Source: Epiperipatus broadwayi (lineage: Eukaryota > Animalia > Onychophora). From it: 64,000 nucleotides of DNA. The stretch's first letter is position 1, and each line of letters starts with the position of its first letter. The position numbers were made by a program, and so were the translations under genes. Positions 39,331 through 51,889 of the stretch are shown in pieces. The stretch is from NCBI GenBank assembly GCA_028023455.1, contig JAQFVV010000005.1, positions 12,276,001 to 12,340,000 of the forward strand, given 5' to 3'. The notes below the pieces were generated by a model. The model searched no databases. It saw only the letters and a program-made list of their open reading frames with translations, and was not told the origin of the DNA.

Positions 39331-41198
39331 TAATGTTTGAAAATGTTCATGATAATGTCACAAGAATTGGAATTAATGTGTAGGGAATACATCATAATTA
39401 TGAATGTAATAAAAAAAGATAGGCAAGTTGTTTAAAGAAAGGGAAGTATAATAATGGAAAACAAATATGAATAAAAGAAATAGATTGAAGTTATATAAGT
39501 ATAAAAATATATAAATTATTAAAGGATCTATTACAATATTAGACAGTGCTTGTTATTTCATATAAAATCATGTGATTTAAAAACTGACAAAGGAATATAA
39601 GCAAGGGCAATCTTTCCATCTCTACTCCTCTAGTGTCACTTATTCTATTCTTGGATAATTAGTCATTACCTAATTGATAGTGCACATTTGTTCCCCATCT
39701 TCAGACTGATTTCTATGTTTTGTCTTTAATCTCAAAGCTGAAATCATTGCAGCTAATCATTTGATTGTGATAGAATGATAGAAAGTCAGCTCTTGTTTAT
39801 AGTGTAGTAGGGTAGAGAAATTAGGTGATTTAGTGTTAGTAAAAAAATGGGAAAAGTATTTGGATTGTAGATGTGGACTATGATCAGATATGAAAAATTT
39901 ATTGTAATTTTATTTCTGAAATGTATATCAAAAAAGAATCAGCATAAATTTTATGAAGAAACTTAAATGAATGGGAAAAGATAGAAATTTTAGAACTTTT
40001 TGCTTAGAGATTGAAAAAATATGAAGGATAGAATAGTCAACAAAGAAATGTTCACTATAAGCAAAATGATGTGGTGATAAGGAGAAAGAATTAGATTAGT
40101 TTATTGTGGGAATGTGTTAGTATTAGTAGAAGGTAATATTTACTTTTTCTAACAGGATCTCAGGTCATGCAGCATAGGAACAAAAATGTCAAACTTTTCA
40201 GCAAAGAGGTCATTATATTACACATCAAGAAAAAAATCTATATAATACTGACTTTGAATGCCAGAAATGATTTTAATAATCACAGTCAATGAGTGAAGTC
40301 ACTTTTGTTGTATAAACATTGCACATGTATGATCTTTTCCATATTAATTACATTGTAACTCATTATTGTATTCATTTAACTACTGTTTCAGCTATTTATT
40401 GCTGCATATAATAAGACAAGTTAATGTTTCAAGTTTTGGTTTTAGTGCCAATATCTAAAATCGAAATTCATTTATAGTGTTTTCAGAAAAAATATAATAG
40501 TCAAGTAAGTTAAAACATATAATCAAACACATAATTGTAAAAAAAAAAACTTTATTATTAGTTAATACCAAATATTTCCCATTTTGTAAAAATAACAATC
40601 TGATCAAAAAAAACAGTGTTTTAAATATTCTCTAATATCCAAAAAAAATGCATTGTAGAAAAGTTTCAATAAAAAATATTACTACTATATAACAATCCAT
40701 ATAGGAAGTTGCATAAATAAATGACACTAAAAAAAAATCTCTCCACATATTCCAACCATTCACAATAGTGCAGTTTGAAAGAAAAATGTCAATCAAAGAA
40801 AGTTGTAATCCATTGCTGATTACTTAAGTTTAGAATATTACAAATCATCAAAAAAGTGTTACATCATAAAATTTGCATTATCGTGGATTCAATTATTAGT
40901 AATATTATATTGTACCCTTTCAAATCATACTATTCAGAATAGAAATGAAATATTAAAACAGTGCATTATGGGATATAATCTCCAAATCAATTAATCAATG
41001 AACAGATGATATATCCAGAACTAATAAATCTATATAAATATTAACAGAATAATAAACAATGCATCAGACTGCATGTAGAAAGTATAAATTTAATAATGCC
41101 GGAAATTTTTATATATACATGAGTGTGTGCGTCAATGAATAATATCAAGATCAAGCTTTCATAAAGATTTGCCATAATAAGATGTATTTCATCAATGT

Positions 41199-43640
41199 TT
41201 ATATATTATGTTTCATATGATGTCTTTGTAGAAAAAAATAATTTTTTGTCATATAATCGCACTTGATACAATGAAATCTATAATTATTACTAAAATAATG
41301 ATGATGAAATTTAAAATGTTTGTTCAAAAAGATAACATAACTATTTCCATAAATTCCACTTATATATTTTTTCATCAAGCATTTAGAAAAATTCAATTTG
41401 AATATTGCACCATATTTTATTTTATACATGCATGGAAAGTTCATGTGCAATGATTTAAGGCAATTACTTGTGTGGGAAAATTTATAATTTTTTCCATGTG
41501 AAAAACATCGCAAAAAACAAAAACTAATGATATTTTTGAGATTTTTCTTTTTTCTATAAGACTGATTTATAGTTTGAGGATTTTGATCATAAAAATATTT
41601 TTTCTTATATTTATTGGATATTTGATGTGGAGTAACATTAGTCAGTAAATTATTTTCTTTCTTTGTAAATACATTGTTATTATTATCCAATGTTTGGTAG
41701 AACAAGACATCAGTCAATAATTTTTTATTTTCATTAATTATATATTCTTTCGAGTTTTTTATTTCTTTACTTTCACCTTTTTTGATGGGACTTTCACAGT
41801 TCTTATCACTATCATTAATAAGATTTCCATTAGATTCACAGTGAAATTTTATATTTTCTTTTGTACTTATTGTGGAATCAGAAATATTAGTATGGTAATT
41901 GAATTCTCTATTGTGAAGTACATTGTGATGATCAAAAAGAATTTTATAATTTGTTTTATAATCACAGATGTTGCAAATAAATATATGGAATCCAAATTTC
42001 TTTCTGCTATTTTGACAAAATAATGGTTCATACACTATTTTACAAGTATAGAAATCACAATAAATAATTTCAAGATGTTTCAACATGTGTTTTTTGAAAG
42101 AGATCTGGTAATTAGTTGTGTAGGCACAGTCACAACAATGAAACTTAAATACTTCTAGTGGTCTCTTATCAGATATGATAAAATTTTCTTGATTGCTAAT
42201 ATTATGTTTATTATTCCAATAATCATCATTGCTTTTAGATTCACATATGCTGTAGTAAAACTTCTGTTTACCAGAGTGTTTCAATTTATGCAAATCAATG
42301 TTATACTTATAATTATGTCTATATTCATAATCATTGCAATTAAAGTTATTATTTCCAGAATATTTCTTTTGTTGTACATAAGAGAATTTGTTTTTAATAT
42401 TGTCGTCATAATACCATTTATATTTATATTTTGTGCAGTGCTGAATTAAGTTATTGTGATGTTTCTTATATTCATAATCCTTGCTAGAGAATTTATATTT
42501 ACTAGAATGTTCCATATTATGTTGGAGAAATCTATCCTTGTAGTTAGTTTTATACTCACAATCACTGCAACTAAATTTGTAATCACAAGAATGTTTCAAA
42601 CTGTGTTGAATTAGGTTGTTTTGATGATTTGTCTTATATTCACAATTATTGCAATGAAATTTCTTTTCACCAAAATGTTTCATGTTATGTTGAACAAAAC
42701 TGGCTTCATAGTTAGTCTTATAGCCACAATCTTTGCAGTTAAATTTGTATTTATCAGAATGTTTCATACTATGCTGAATTAAATTGTTTTTGTAATTTGT
42801 TTTAAATTCACAATCATTGCATTGAAATTTGTAGTCACCAGAATGTTTCATGTTATGTTGAATGAAATAGGCTTTGTAGTTAGTCTTATAATCACAAGTA
42901 CTGCAAGTAAATTTGTATTCTTCAGAATGTTTCATGTTATGTTTAACAAATCTGGCTTTAAAATTTGTCATATAGTCACAATCGCTGCAGGTGAATTTAT
43001 ATTGACCAGAATGTTTCTTGCTATGGTTAATTAAGTCAATTTTACAATTTGTCTTATGCAAACAATCTTTGCATTGAAATCGTAATTCACCAGAATGTTT
43101 TATATTGTGTCGAACAAAATTGGCTTTGTTGTTTGTCTTGTATTCACAATCATTGCAGTTAAATTTGTATTCACCAGAATGCTTCATACTATGCTGAATA
43201 AAAATATTTTTATAATTTGTCTTATACTGACAATCACTGCAGTGAAATTGGTATTTACCAGAGTGCTTCCTGTTATGTTGAACAAAATGGGATTTGTTGT
43301 TAGTCTTGTATTTGCAACCATTACAGCTAAATTTGTATTCCCCAGAATGATTCATGGTATGCTGAGTGAAATTGTTTTTATAATTTGTCTTATATTCACA
43401 GTCACTACAATGAAATTTGTATTCTCCAGAATGTTTCATACTATGTTGAACAAAATGAGCTTTGTTGTTAGTCTTATATTCACAATCACTGCAATGGAAT
43501 TTGTATTCACCACAATAATTCAAGTTACGCTGCAAAAATTTGGCTTTGTATTTCATGGTGCGTTGAATAAGATTGCTTTTGATATTTGTTTTGTATTTCC
43601 AATCAGTACAATAAAATTTATATTCACCAGAATGATCCAT
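41199..43640 (-). CDS. Tandem C2H2 zinc-finger protein, 813 aa, with non-canonical HSGEYKF linkers
   Basis: Twelve consecutive intact fingers (consensus YKFxCxDCEYKTNYKxxFxQHxMKH), several degenerate fingers and three isolated intact fingers further C-terminal. The frame is open for 813 codons. Confidence 0.85.
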   Translation of the reverse strand: MDHSGEYKFYCTDWKYKTNIKSNLIQRTMKYKAKFLQRNLNYCGEYKFHCSDCEYKTNNKAHFVQHSMKHSGEYKFHCSDCEYKTNYKNNFTQHTMNHSGEYKFSCNGCKYKTNNKSHFVQHNRKHSGKYQFHCSDCQYKTNYKNIFIQHSMKHSGEYKFNCNDCEYKTNNKANFVRHNIKHSGELRFQCKDCLHKTNCKIDLINHSKKHSGQYKFTCSDCDYMTNFKARFVKHNMKHSEEYKFTCSTCDYKTNYKAYFIQHNMKHSGDYKFQCNDCEFKTNYKNNLIQHSMKHSDKYKFNCKDCGYKTNYEASFVQHNMKHFGEKKFHCNNCEYKTNHQNNLIQHSLKHSCDYKFSCSDCEYKTNYKDRFLQHNMEHSSKYKFSSKDYEYKKHHNNLIQHCTKYKYKWYYDDNIKNKFSYVQQKKYSGNNNFNCNDYEYRHNYKYNIDLHKLKHSGKQKFYYSICESKSNDDYWNNKHNISNQENFIISDKRPLEVFKFHCCDCAYTTNYQISFKKHMLKHLEIIYCDFYTCKIVYEPLFCQNSRKKFGFHIFICNICDYKTNYKILFDHHNVLHNREFNYHTNISDSTISTKENIKFHCESNGNLINDSDKNCESPIKKGESKEIKNSKEYIINENKKLLTDVLFYQTLDNNNNVFTKKENNLLTNVTPHQISNKYKKKYFYDQNPQTINQSYRKKKNLKNIISFCFLRCFSHGKNYKFSHTSNCLKSLHMNFPCMYKIKYGAIFKLNFSKCLMKKYISGIYGNSYVIFLNKHFKFHHHYFSNNYRFHCIKCDYMTKNYFFLQRHHMKHNI

Positions 43641-44250
43641 GTTGTGTTGAATAAAAGTTGGTTTGAAGTTAGACTTCTAATGCCAAACAAGGCTTTGAAA
43701 TTGTATTTGTAATAGAATATTTCTTACTGAGATATATTAAATGAGTTTTATAATTTGTTTTATATTTACAACACTTATATTCATTAGACTGCTTTTTGTT
43801 ATAATGAATAAACATGGTCTTGCAATTTGTTTTAAATTCACTATCATGATAAAGAAATATATATTTCCACATTGTTTGATTGCATGTTGAAGAATTTGAT
43901 ATTTGTTTTGTATTCATAATCTTTGCAGTAAAACAGATATTCTCCTGAATGTTTTTCTATTACATTGAATTAAATATATCAATGCATTATATAATCACAA
44001 ATATTATAATAAAATTTCTATTCTATAATATTTTTCTTGTTATGCTAAATAAATAGTTTTAAAATGTCATAATTTCATATATTAAAATACAAATTATATC
44101 ATTAATGAAATTGCTTTTAATATTTGTTCATATTCACAGTCACTGCACATAAATTCATATTTTCAAAATATTTTACTTTTGTATAGATTTTATGTTCAAA
44201 ACAATATGCCATGAAATATTTAATTTTTAGAATGTTTCACATGATAACTT
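43641..44250 (-). pseudogene. Eroded finger units upstream of the 813-aa ORF
   Basis: The frame leading into the ATG reads H*KSNFKPTFIQHN-M. The 43669-43917 ORF contains YKCCKYKTNYKTHLIY, and further decayed CSDCEYEQ-like units occur near 44130. Confidence 0.6.
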
Positions 44251-45589
44251 ATTTATTTCTAATCTTTATAGGATAATAAGAAATAGAATTTATATTTTTC
44301 AAATAGCCTCAATAATAAAAATATTCATATATGATCCTGAATTCTATATAATTTGCAATAAAATTCTACTTGAAAATAAGGCTCAAGCCATGTGGGTCTA
44401 TGTATTTTCTAATATTATAGTCATACTTTTCAAATTGCTTCAAATTAATTCTGGGGTGTAATCAGTATAGAATCAGTTTATGGATTAAGTCAGATGTATA
44501 ACTTAAATAATGCTTTTTATTTAAATTAGTTATGAACTGCTATATTTCCCCCTTCCTCAGTAATACATTTAATTTAACCGACTAAAAAAAATGTTATAAT
44601 GTTATCATGTTCTTGGTTTGCTCCATTGGATTGCCTACTAATGTTTATGAGTGACAACAAGTATAAATTATTATCAATTCCAATTTTATTTTGTGGGATA
44701 AGTCACTATTTATTATTTACTTTAGGTGTTTTTCTTCTTGTAAAGTTATAAAATGATTATTCTTTTTATTGCCACAGTTATCAATACTTTTTTGTATTTT
44801 TAATCACATTCTAATTTTTTTGATATCTTTTTTAAAGTTGTAAAATAATTCAAAAATAAAGTTGAATATTGATTCATATTCAGCTCCCAGAAAGACATGT
44901 CTCATTTTTTATCTATTTTTTTTTTCAACATTAGCCAGAGATTATGTTATAAATGCATTAGCAGTTTCATATATTACATTAATTTAGTTATGAAATCGGA
45001 AAATGTATTCCAAAACTATATCATTTTCTCTGTGTCACATCTATTTCAGAGTAATTCTTGTAATATTCTGCAAATACTTAGCAAAATATTATGGTTAATT
45101 CATTTTTAAAATGTTTAATTATAACAGAGCCTGTATCTTAAATTAACTGGAATTTGTAGACACATGAATATTTACATTTTTTCAAATTATTCTTGCTTTA
45201 TCTCCTGAAGATATTTGCTTAAAAGTTTTATTTATATGTACAATCTCTATCTATAAAGAAAAAAAACATCATAAATATATGAAATTTAATTTTATACAAT
45301 AAGAAATATAAATGAGTAATTCTGGAAAGAATACTATAAATCATAATCATGGCAGCTCAAGAAATGAAGGAAGCATAAAGAAATAACATATATTTCTAGG
45401 TTACAAACTTTGCAGTCATATAAACCAGATAATAAATGAGTACAAATGACAAATGCAGACTTCATTGTATATGCATGAAATTTGCAAATGTATTCAAAAG
45501 CTTTTACCATAATCTAATAACTGAATAAACTTAGATAAATTATATGCTCTCTATAGAAATAAAAGTATATTGAAACAAATTATTTAATA

Positions 45590-47260
45590 GTTTACTTAAA
45601 AGAATAATTTGACACTAATACTATATAATACATAAAGATTAATTAAACCATTTGAATTTTATATATATAAAAGCTATCATATGAAACAAAATTAAAAAAT
45701 AATTTCAAAGATAAATACTAAAATGTCTAAAGTGACGTTAAATAAGTTTTCAAAAAAAATACAACAACAAAAAAACAAGATGTTTAATAATTCATATGGA
45801 ATCATAATGGAACTTTAAAAAAGAATTAAATTTATTTGGACTGCCTTTGTTATAATTTAATAATAAAGCAAAATTTTTTTAAATGCCTGAAAATGTTTTT
45901 TTAAAAATAATACAGTTTTAAGATTTGGTCATTTAATAAAAAAGCAATATATAGTGCATTTTACAAGCGAAGTTGTGATTAACAAAAAACTGAAAGACAT
46001 GACTAAGAGAACAAACAGGTTTCGCTAACATTGTTGATAGAATAAAAAGGATAAATGAATCGGGGCTGAATTTCTAAAACTAGATTCTAAAACATTAGTA
46101 AAATAACTAGATGGAAATTATATGTAATAATGGCTAAAGAAAATTTTTACAGAGATATAGAAAAAATATGGGATAGGAATAGTAGATCAAGTTAGAAAAT
46201 TTTTCATTGATGGTGTTTAATGTGATGTAGTAAAATGACAACTCTGAAATAAATTTAAAAAATTTGATTAAAAAGTCATATTTGGAAACCCCCTCGCTCT
46301 CAAGCTTTTTATATTATTACCTCATTTATTTAATCCATTCTATTTGCCCTTTCAATTTATATCTCAAATCCTTCTCATAACTATAACATTTTCCCTTTCT
46401 TCTATCCAATTTTAATCAAAATTCAATTACTTTCAGTATAATGAGAAACAAAAAAAAATTGATCAAAAATTAATTAATTACGAATAAATTTTGAATTGTG
46501 ATTCCCATTATACAATAATTATTTTAAATGTAAATATATTAAATTTAAGCGTAAACAGTCCCATGTGATTGCCATTATTCTATCTGATTGGCTGTCACTT
46601 AAGCATTTTTAAAGCGTATCTGTTTGAAGGTGTTTAACTTTCACGTTATAATAATTATTTTATTACGGTTACTTATTAAACATACCCATACAAAAAAAGT
46701 AGTCTTTCACTGAATGCTGCCTAAAGCATAAACAATGGAGTAAGTCAATTGTTTACTGAAGATTAGTATTGTTAATTATTCATTTTATTAGCAATATCAA
46801 CGGAATGACAGATTTTGGTATCGATTCTTGTTGCACGGATAATAGACATGTGGTGAATTAGAACCGATCAATAAATTCCATGGCTTAAAATTTACCTTGA
46901 AAATTTAAAGGATAGAATTTATTTTCAAAAAGTGATATTTGGACTTGAAGATTACTATATATCTACGAATTACGATATTAAAATGGTATAATGCAACAGT
47001 TTACACAATATATGCATATAAATCATCCAGCATACTGTACTTACATTACACTTACAAAACATTCAAAAATGACATTATTTCTTTAGGAAGTAAAAGGAAT
47101 CAATTGCACTTGAGCTGTGCACAATAAAATGCTTAACTTCCATTAACTTCAGAGTACTTCTTTTATAATTCTATCTTACAACACTATATTTAATAAATAG
47201 TTGAAAATAAATCCCACAGTTATTTCATTTAAACTCAGATTGTATTGAATGAATCCTCAG
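45590..47260 (+). repeat. Segmental duplication copy 1, containing a CpG-retaining patch (46500-47000) with a CCAAT-type motif
   Basis: Collinear with 51890-53710 (aagattaattaaaccat; gttgtgattaacaaaaa; aaaaaattgatcaaaaattaattaa; aattattcattttattagca). ctgattggct near 46585. Confidence 0.8.
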
Positions 47261-47385
47261 AAAATCTATTTATTTATCAATTCCTGTGTTAAGTTAGTCT
47301 TTAGACATATGTTCATGTAGATGAAAAATATTAAAGTAAAAAACTACATCATAATTACTATAAATTAGTGACAAATTCTCAGTCA

Positions 47386-47428
47386 CTGTTTTAACAACTT
47401 GTGTAAGCATAGGAAATGGTGATTGTGT
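47386..47428 (+). mobile_element. Family A repeat, 3' tail fragment only
   Basis: ctgttttaacaacttgtgtaagcataggaaatggtgattgtg matches 38135-38172 and the reverse complement of 26101-26146. Confidence 0.7.
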
Positions 47429-48917
47429 AATGCTATGAACTAAGTCGGCTGTCTTCACATTTCATGGATAATATTAGAAAAAAATCATAATTTGACAGTT
47501 CTTTTCTATACATAGTATAGCTAGTACATTCAATCGATCTTCATAAATTATAAGAGCCTGAAGATAATTTATTACATGTTTGAAATTCAACTGGGGGTAA
47601 ACTAACTTTCTGCAAGCTAAGTATAAATAATACTATACATGAACAAATGACAAACAATAGAGTGAATTTATTCTTTCAGTTTTTGATCTTTATAAGTTTT
47701 TGTTGATATTGGTAGAAATTAAGAACAAAAATTTTATATTAGCTTGATTAAAATACAGTATCAAACATTTTCAAGTTACTATTACTCAAATAAGTGATAG
47801 AGATTGAACCGCATTTTTAACAACCTCTGTAATAGTAATCAAATATATATTTGTAAAAGGAAATTTCATATTAGCATAGCTTAATGTATAGGAAATCCAA
47901 ATGGAAATCAACTCCCCAATAAGCTATAGATAAATAAGACTAGCGAGTGGTAAAGAAATAGTAAATTCACTTATTCTTTCAGTCTTTACATTTACAAACT
48001 GACATTTGGTTATTGTTGTAGTGATTGTTAAAAATGAGATTCAGGTCCCATCCTTTATTTATACAAATGTAATTTCAAACTGATTAGTGCTGTATTTAAA
48101 TTGGGCTAACATATGATTTATATTCTAAATTTCCAGCAATGTCAACAAATAAAAACTTATAAAGTTCAAAAGCCTAAAGGATATATGGATGTATTCATTT
48201 TTTATTAGCTGCTGACTTATAATTGTTTTTTATTCATGGCTTATGGGGGAGTTGTTTTACTTCCGTTTGGGTTTCATATATACTAAGCTATGTGTATTTG
48301 ATATTTATAAACTGAAATTTAATTATTCATACAGAGGTTAATTAAAAATAAGAATCAATCTCTATCTTTTTTCATACAATTGCAATTCAAAAAAGATTAA
48401 AGTCATATTTGAATCAAATTAATATATAATTTTTACTCTTCTACCAAAGGAAAATTTATAAAGATCAAAAGCTGAAAGAATAGATGAATTCACTATTGGT
48501 TATCATTTCTTAATGAATTTTGTTTATTTATAACTTACAAGTTGTTGATTTATTTCTATTTAGATTTCATATACATCAAGCTATGCATATTTGATATTTA
48601 TAAAAGAATGTTTAGTATTTGAAATTGTCATTGATAATGTAAAAAAATATTTTTATAATACAGTTTTTTATAATTGTTATTTATTTTTGCAATAAATAGA
48701 GGACATAATTTATACATTTTTTCAAAATCATTTATTTTAATTTTTATCAACATCTTCATCTACATAATTTTTACAAAATGATATAAAATTTCATAATAAT
48801 TAGTCTTCAGAAATATTACCAAATTCGCCACTTTCTTTATTTGCTGTAATATCTTATATAAATACAATCACTGTAATTTAAATACTTTTTAGCAAAAACA
48901 TTTTATTGTACATATAT

Positions 48918-49064
48918 CAATCTTACATTTCGACTGTCCTGCAGTCTTTTTCAGAGCCACTTTTACTTTAATTTTTTAAAAATAAAAAATGTTTTCTTAT
49001 TTTTAAAAAATTAAAGTAAAAGTGGCTCTGAAGAAGACTGCAGTACGGTTGAAACATAAGATTG
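48918..49064. mobile_element. Family B: ~72-bp inverted repeat pair, each arm carrying a minimal HHR-like core
   Basis: Arms 48918-48989 and 48992-49064 differ at a handful of positions. Plus arm: CUGAAGA A GACUG-CAGUA-CGGUU GAAACAUA. Minus arm: CUGAAAA A GACUG-CAGGA-CAGUC GAAAUGUA. Confidence 0.7.
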
Positions 49065-49225
49065 TGTATGCATATATGTGTTTAAAGTACAATGGATAAA
49101 TTGCATTTATATGATAATTATTCTTATTCTTTATTTTTTAATATTTTTATAAGCTTAAATTAATTAAATTAATCTTTTTATTTGGACAATAACTGTAATA
49201 TTTAACATATTAAAAATTTGGTCAT

Positions 49226-49487
49226 AAACTCTCAATGCAGTAGCAACTTAACTCCGTACAATATTGTGAACTAATGCAAGCCATAATAATCAATGGATGT
49301 TAAGTTAGTACTGAAAATCCCCATTTAATGGCTACTCATTCAATATCCCCAGACTAGTTTCTAATTTATGTTTTTCATCGGTGTGAAGCCTCAAGATCTG
49401 AGAGCACTGCATCTAGATTTTTGGACCTAATGCATCCTTTCAGCAGTCATCTTTTACTCTTTTAGTTAATAATAAAGCTATGAGCAA
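49226..49487 (-). mobile_element. Family A repeat, decayed copy
   Basis: Shares aatcaatggatg, ctactcattcaatatccccagactagtttcta and gatctgagagcactgca with the other copies. The core is mutated (CCGAUGA) and stem II is lost. Confidence 0.85.
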
Positions 49488-49939
49488 TATAATGCAATTC
49501 TAATCTTAAAATAATGCATATAGATATATAACAAATATGAATTGCTGAACTAACCACTGAAAATCTCAAAGATCTTTTCTTATGTATAGTAGCCTTTTAA
49601 AATATATATGTATGAGATACAAAAATTATTGTCTCCAAAGTTTTAGTTAATTAAATGGTTCTATTTTATTTCTCACAATCTAAACTAAGTTCTTATTTTT
49701 AATGTGCTAGAATTTGAATAAATAAATGTATGCTTCATTACAATGTTAATCTATCCTGCTATTTGAGGTGTAAAAATAGTTAAAATTATATGTAGTTGCC
49801 AAGTCCATAATATTAAGATGCAATATTAAAAATTTAATAACATAATTATAATTCTTAGACTGAGCAGAGGGAAGAACAATGACACCATATTTACAGGAGA
49901 GGAAGATTATTTAGTTAATATAAACAGATGGGAAAACTA

Positions 49940-50110
49940 ATTGAAATCAAAGATGAACAAATCGACAGAATATATTGGCTAAACAATTAGGAAAAAGAAG
50001 ACAAATTATAAAAATGTAAATAAATTATTAAAAATAAACTTTGAACTAAGAAAATAAATCAAGAATCTTTCTAAAAGCCATCAATAAGAGGTTCCATCAT
50101 CAGATTTTCA
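49940..50110 (+). mobile_element. Possible decayed GIY-YIG endonuclease remnant (Penelope-like element 3' end)
   Basis: YIG*TIR (YIGQTxR-like, with TAA in place of CAA) at 49971-49991 and, in another frame, NKSRIFLKAI (RxFLEAxxI-like) near 50054-50083. These are short motifs only. Confidence 0.35.
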
Positions 50111-50195
50111 ATGTTATGGATAGTTGAAAAGTTGGAAAGTAAAGTAGATTGAATCCTATGTGCATTCAGGTTTGAAGATTTGCTATCTTATGTGT

Positions 50196-50270
50196 GGGAG
50201 ATAATGATATGCATCAACTGATGAATGCTGGTTCAGCATGAAATACATATATTGGAGATCATTTATTTTT
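50196..50270 (+). ncRNA. Type I hammerhead ribozyme-like motif (motif C)
   Basis: CUGAUGA 50218-50224; perfect 6-bp stem II AUGCUG-GUU-CAGCAU; GAAA 50240-50243; short stem III AU-ACAU-AU; A17 at 50251. Stem I is UCAA/UUGG, followed by an internal loop and then AAUGAU/AUCAUU. Confidence 0.75.
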
Positions 50271-51889
50271 TTCACGTATGTGGTCATATGTATCAGTTGT
50301 ATGAGATAGTGGATACCTGAAGGGAGCTTGAAAGTCAATGTTCAAATCCCCTATAATTAACTTCACTTTGTATTTATTGTATATAGAAACTTTGGGCCTC
50401 TGTATGGAGTGCTGGGAATTATTTATATATGTATTTAGAATTATTGTGGTTTAAAATATTACTGTAACTCTGATCTGTTCCCTGTATTGTAAGTACATCT
50501 GTATTATAATGTTACTGATTATTAAGCATATTATTTACCCTAGTGACCCATGTATAGAGCTTCATTATTTGAAATAAACAGTTAGTCTATGCATGCAAAA
50601 ATCATCCCTTATCTGTTGTGCAAAAATACATATTTCTATATTAGTTAGATGTTAATTCCTCTTGAAATGTTCCTTTTATTTAATTGTAAATTACTATGCT
50701 GATATAGATGTGTGTATATATTTATTTTGATTATTAAATTAAGTTTTATATTTATTGTAAATATATGAATATATTATAAATGTTGATGAATGATTGATAT
50801 TAAATACATATATTAGAAAAATTTGTTTAGCTTATTTAGAAGTGAAAAACATTGATATAAGTTCTTACCTTAAAAATAATTGATCACAAGAGCTTTATTT
50901 TAATTTATATCAGTTATGATGATTTTTATTTTCCATATATATTTTTTTCCACACTGAATACAAATCTATAAATATCAGTATTTTATATTAAGTACATTTC
51001 ATTTATTTAAATGCATTCTGAATATATACATATCTAAGAGAGAATGTTTTGTATAAACAATTAGTTACAAGTTAACAAGCATATGTATTTTTAAAATGGA
51101 ATTTAAAAGATTATATTAGTGGTGATAATTAATTATAATGAAATAATAACAAAAAGAGTGTTCATGAATATTTTATTTTAGTTTACTTTCTAAAAAATTT
51201 AAACTTTATTTTAATAATTTTTTTGTTTTTTAAAAATAAGTACAATAATAGCATTATTTAATGGGAGGAGAGGAAAAAAGAAAAGGAATATATTATTTAA
51301 AAAATATTTTTTATTTGCTTGTAAAGTAATGTAATTTATTTTAAAAGTGATACTTTATTTTTGGAGTTTTATATAATTATTATATAAGATTTTTGAATGA
51401 TTTTGGAACATTCAAAGGATATAGACAACATTTTAAAATGAACTTTGGGAGACATTTAATAGTTGCTATGGTTATTTTGTTATCTTATTATTTAAATAAA
51501 TGCAAAATCACAAGTTATATCCATACCCTCAATTTTCTTGGAAATGTCCTTTTTCCATTCTATTTCTTATCTACTCTATTAGTAAACAAACAATAATGGA
51601 GAGGTAAAAGAAAAATCAAATTTTGTTCAGAGACTGACAGCCTCTCAAACTAACTATTTATCAATTTACCACTTAGACAAAGGCTATCTGAATAACAAAT
51701 CAATATACTTCTATAAATCTACAATGCCAATTGTAATACAAAAATCTGAATTTTTACTAATGGAAACAAAAATTGTAAGTCACTGTTAAATATTCTAAAA
51801 AGAAAAAACTTCATCAATAATTTGTTTATGAACATTTTCAATTTCTAAGAAACTCTCTTGGATAAAGATAATGACTATTTTAAATATTT

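Noticed and set aside
43095-43712. 205-aa plus-strand ORF and smaller plus-strand ORFs at 41271-43034 and 1171-1377
   Set aside because: Antisense shadows of the zinc-finger repeats: periodic hydrophobic text with no independent protein signal.
48770-48812. Minus-strand CUGAAGA-CUAAUUAUUAU-GAAAU motif
   Set aside because: All-AU pairing expected by chance at this composition, and no stem I.
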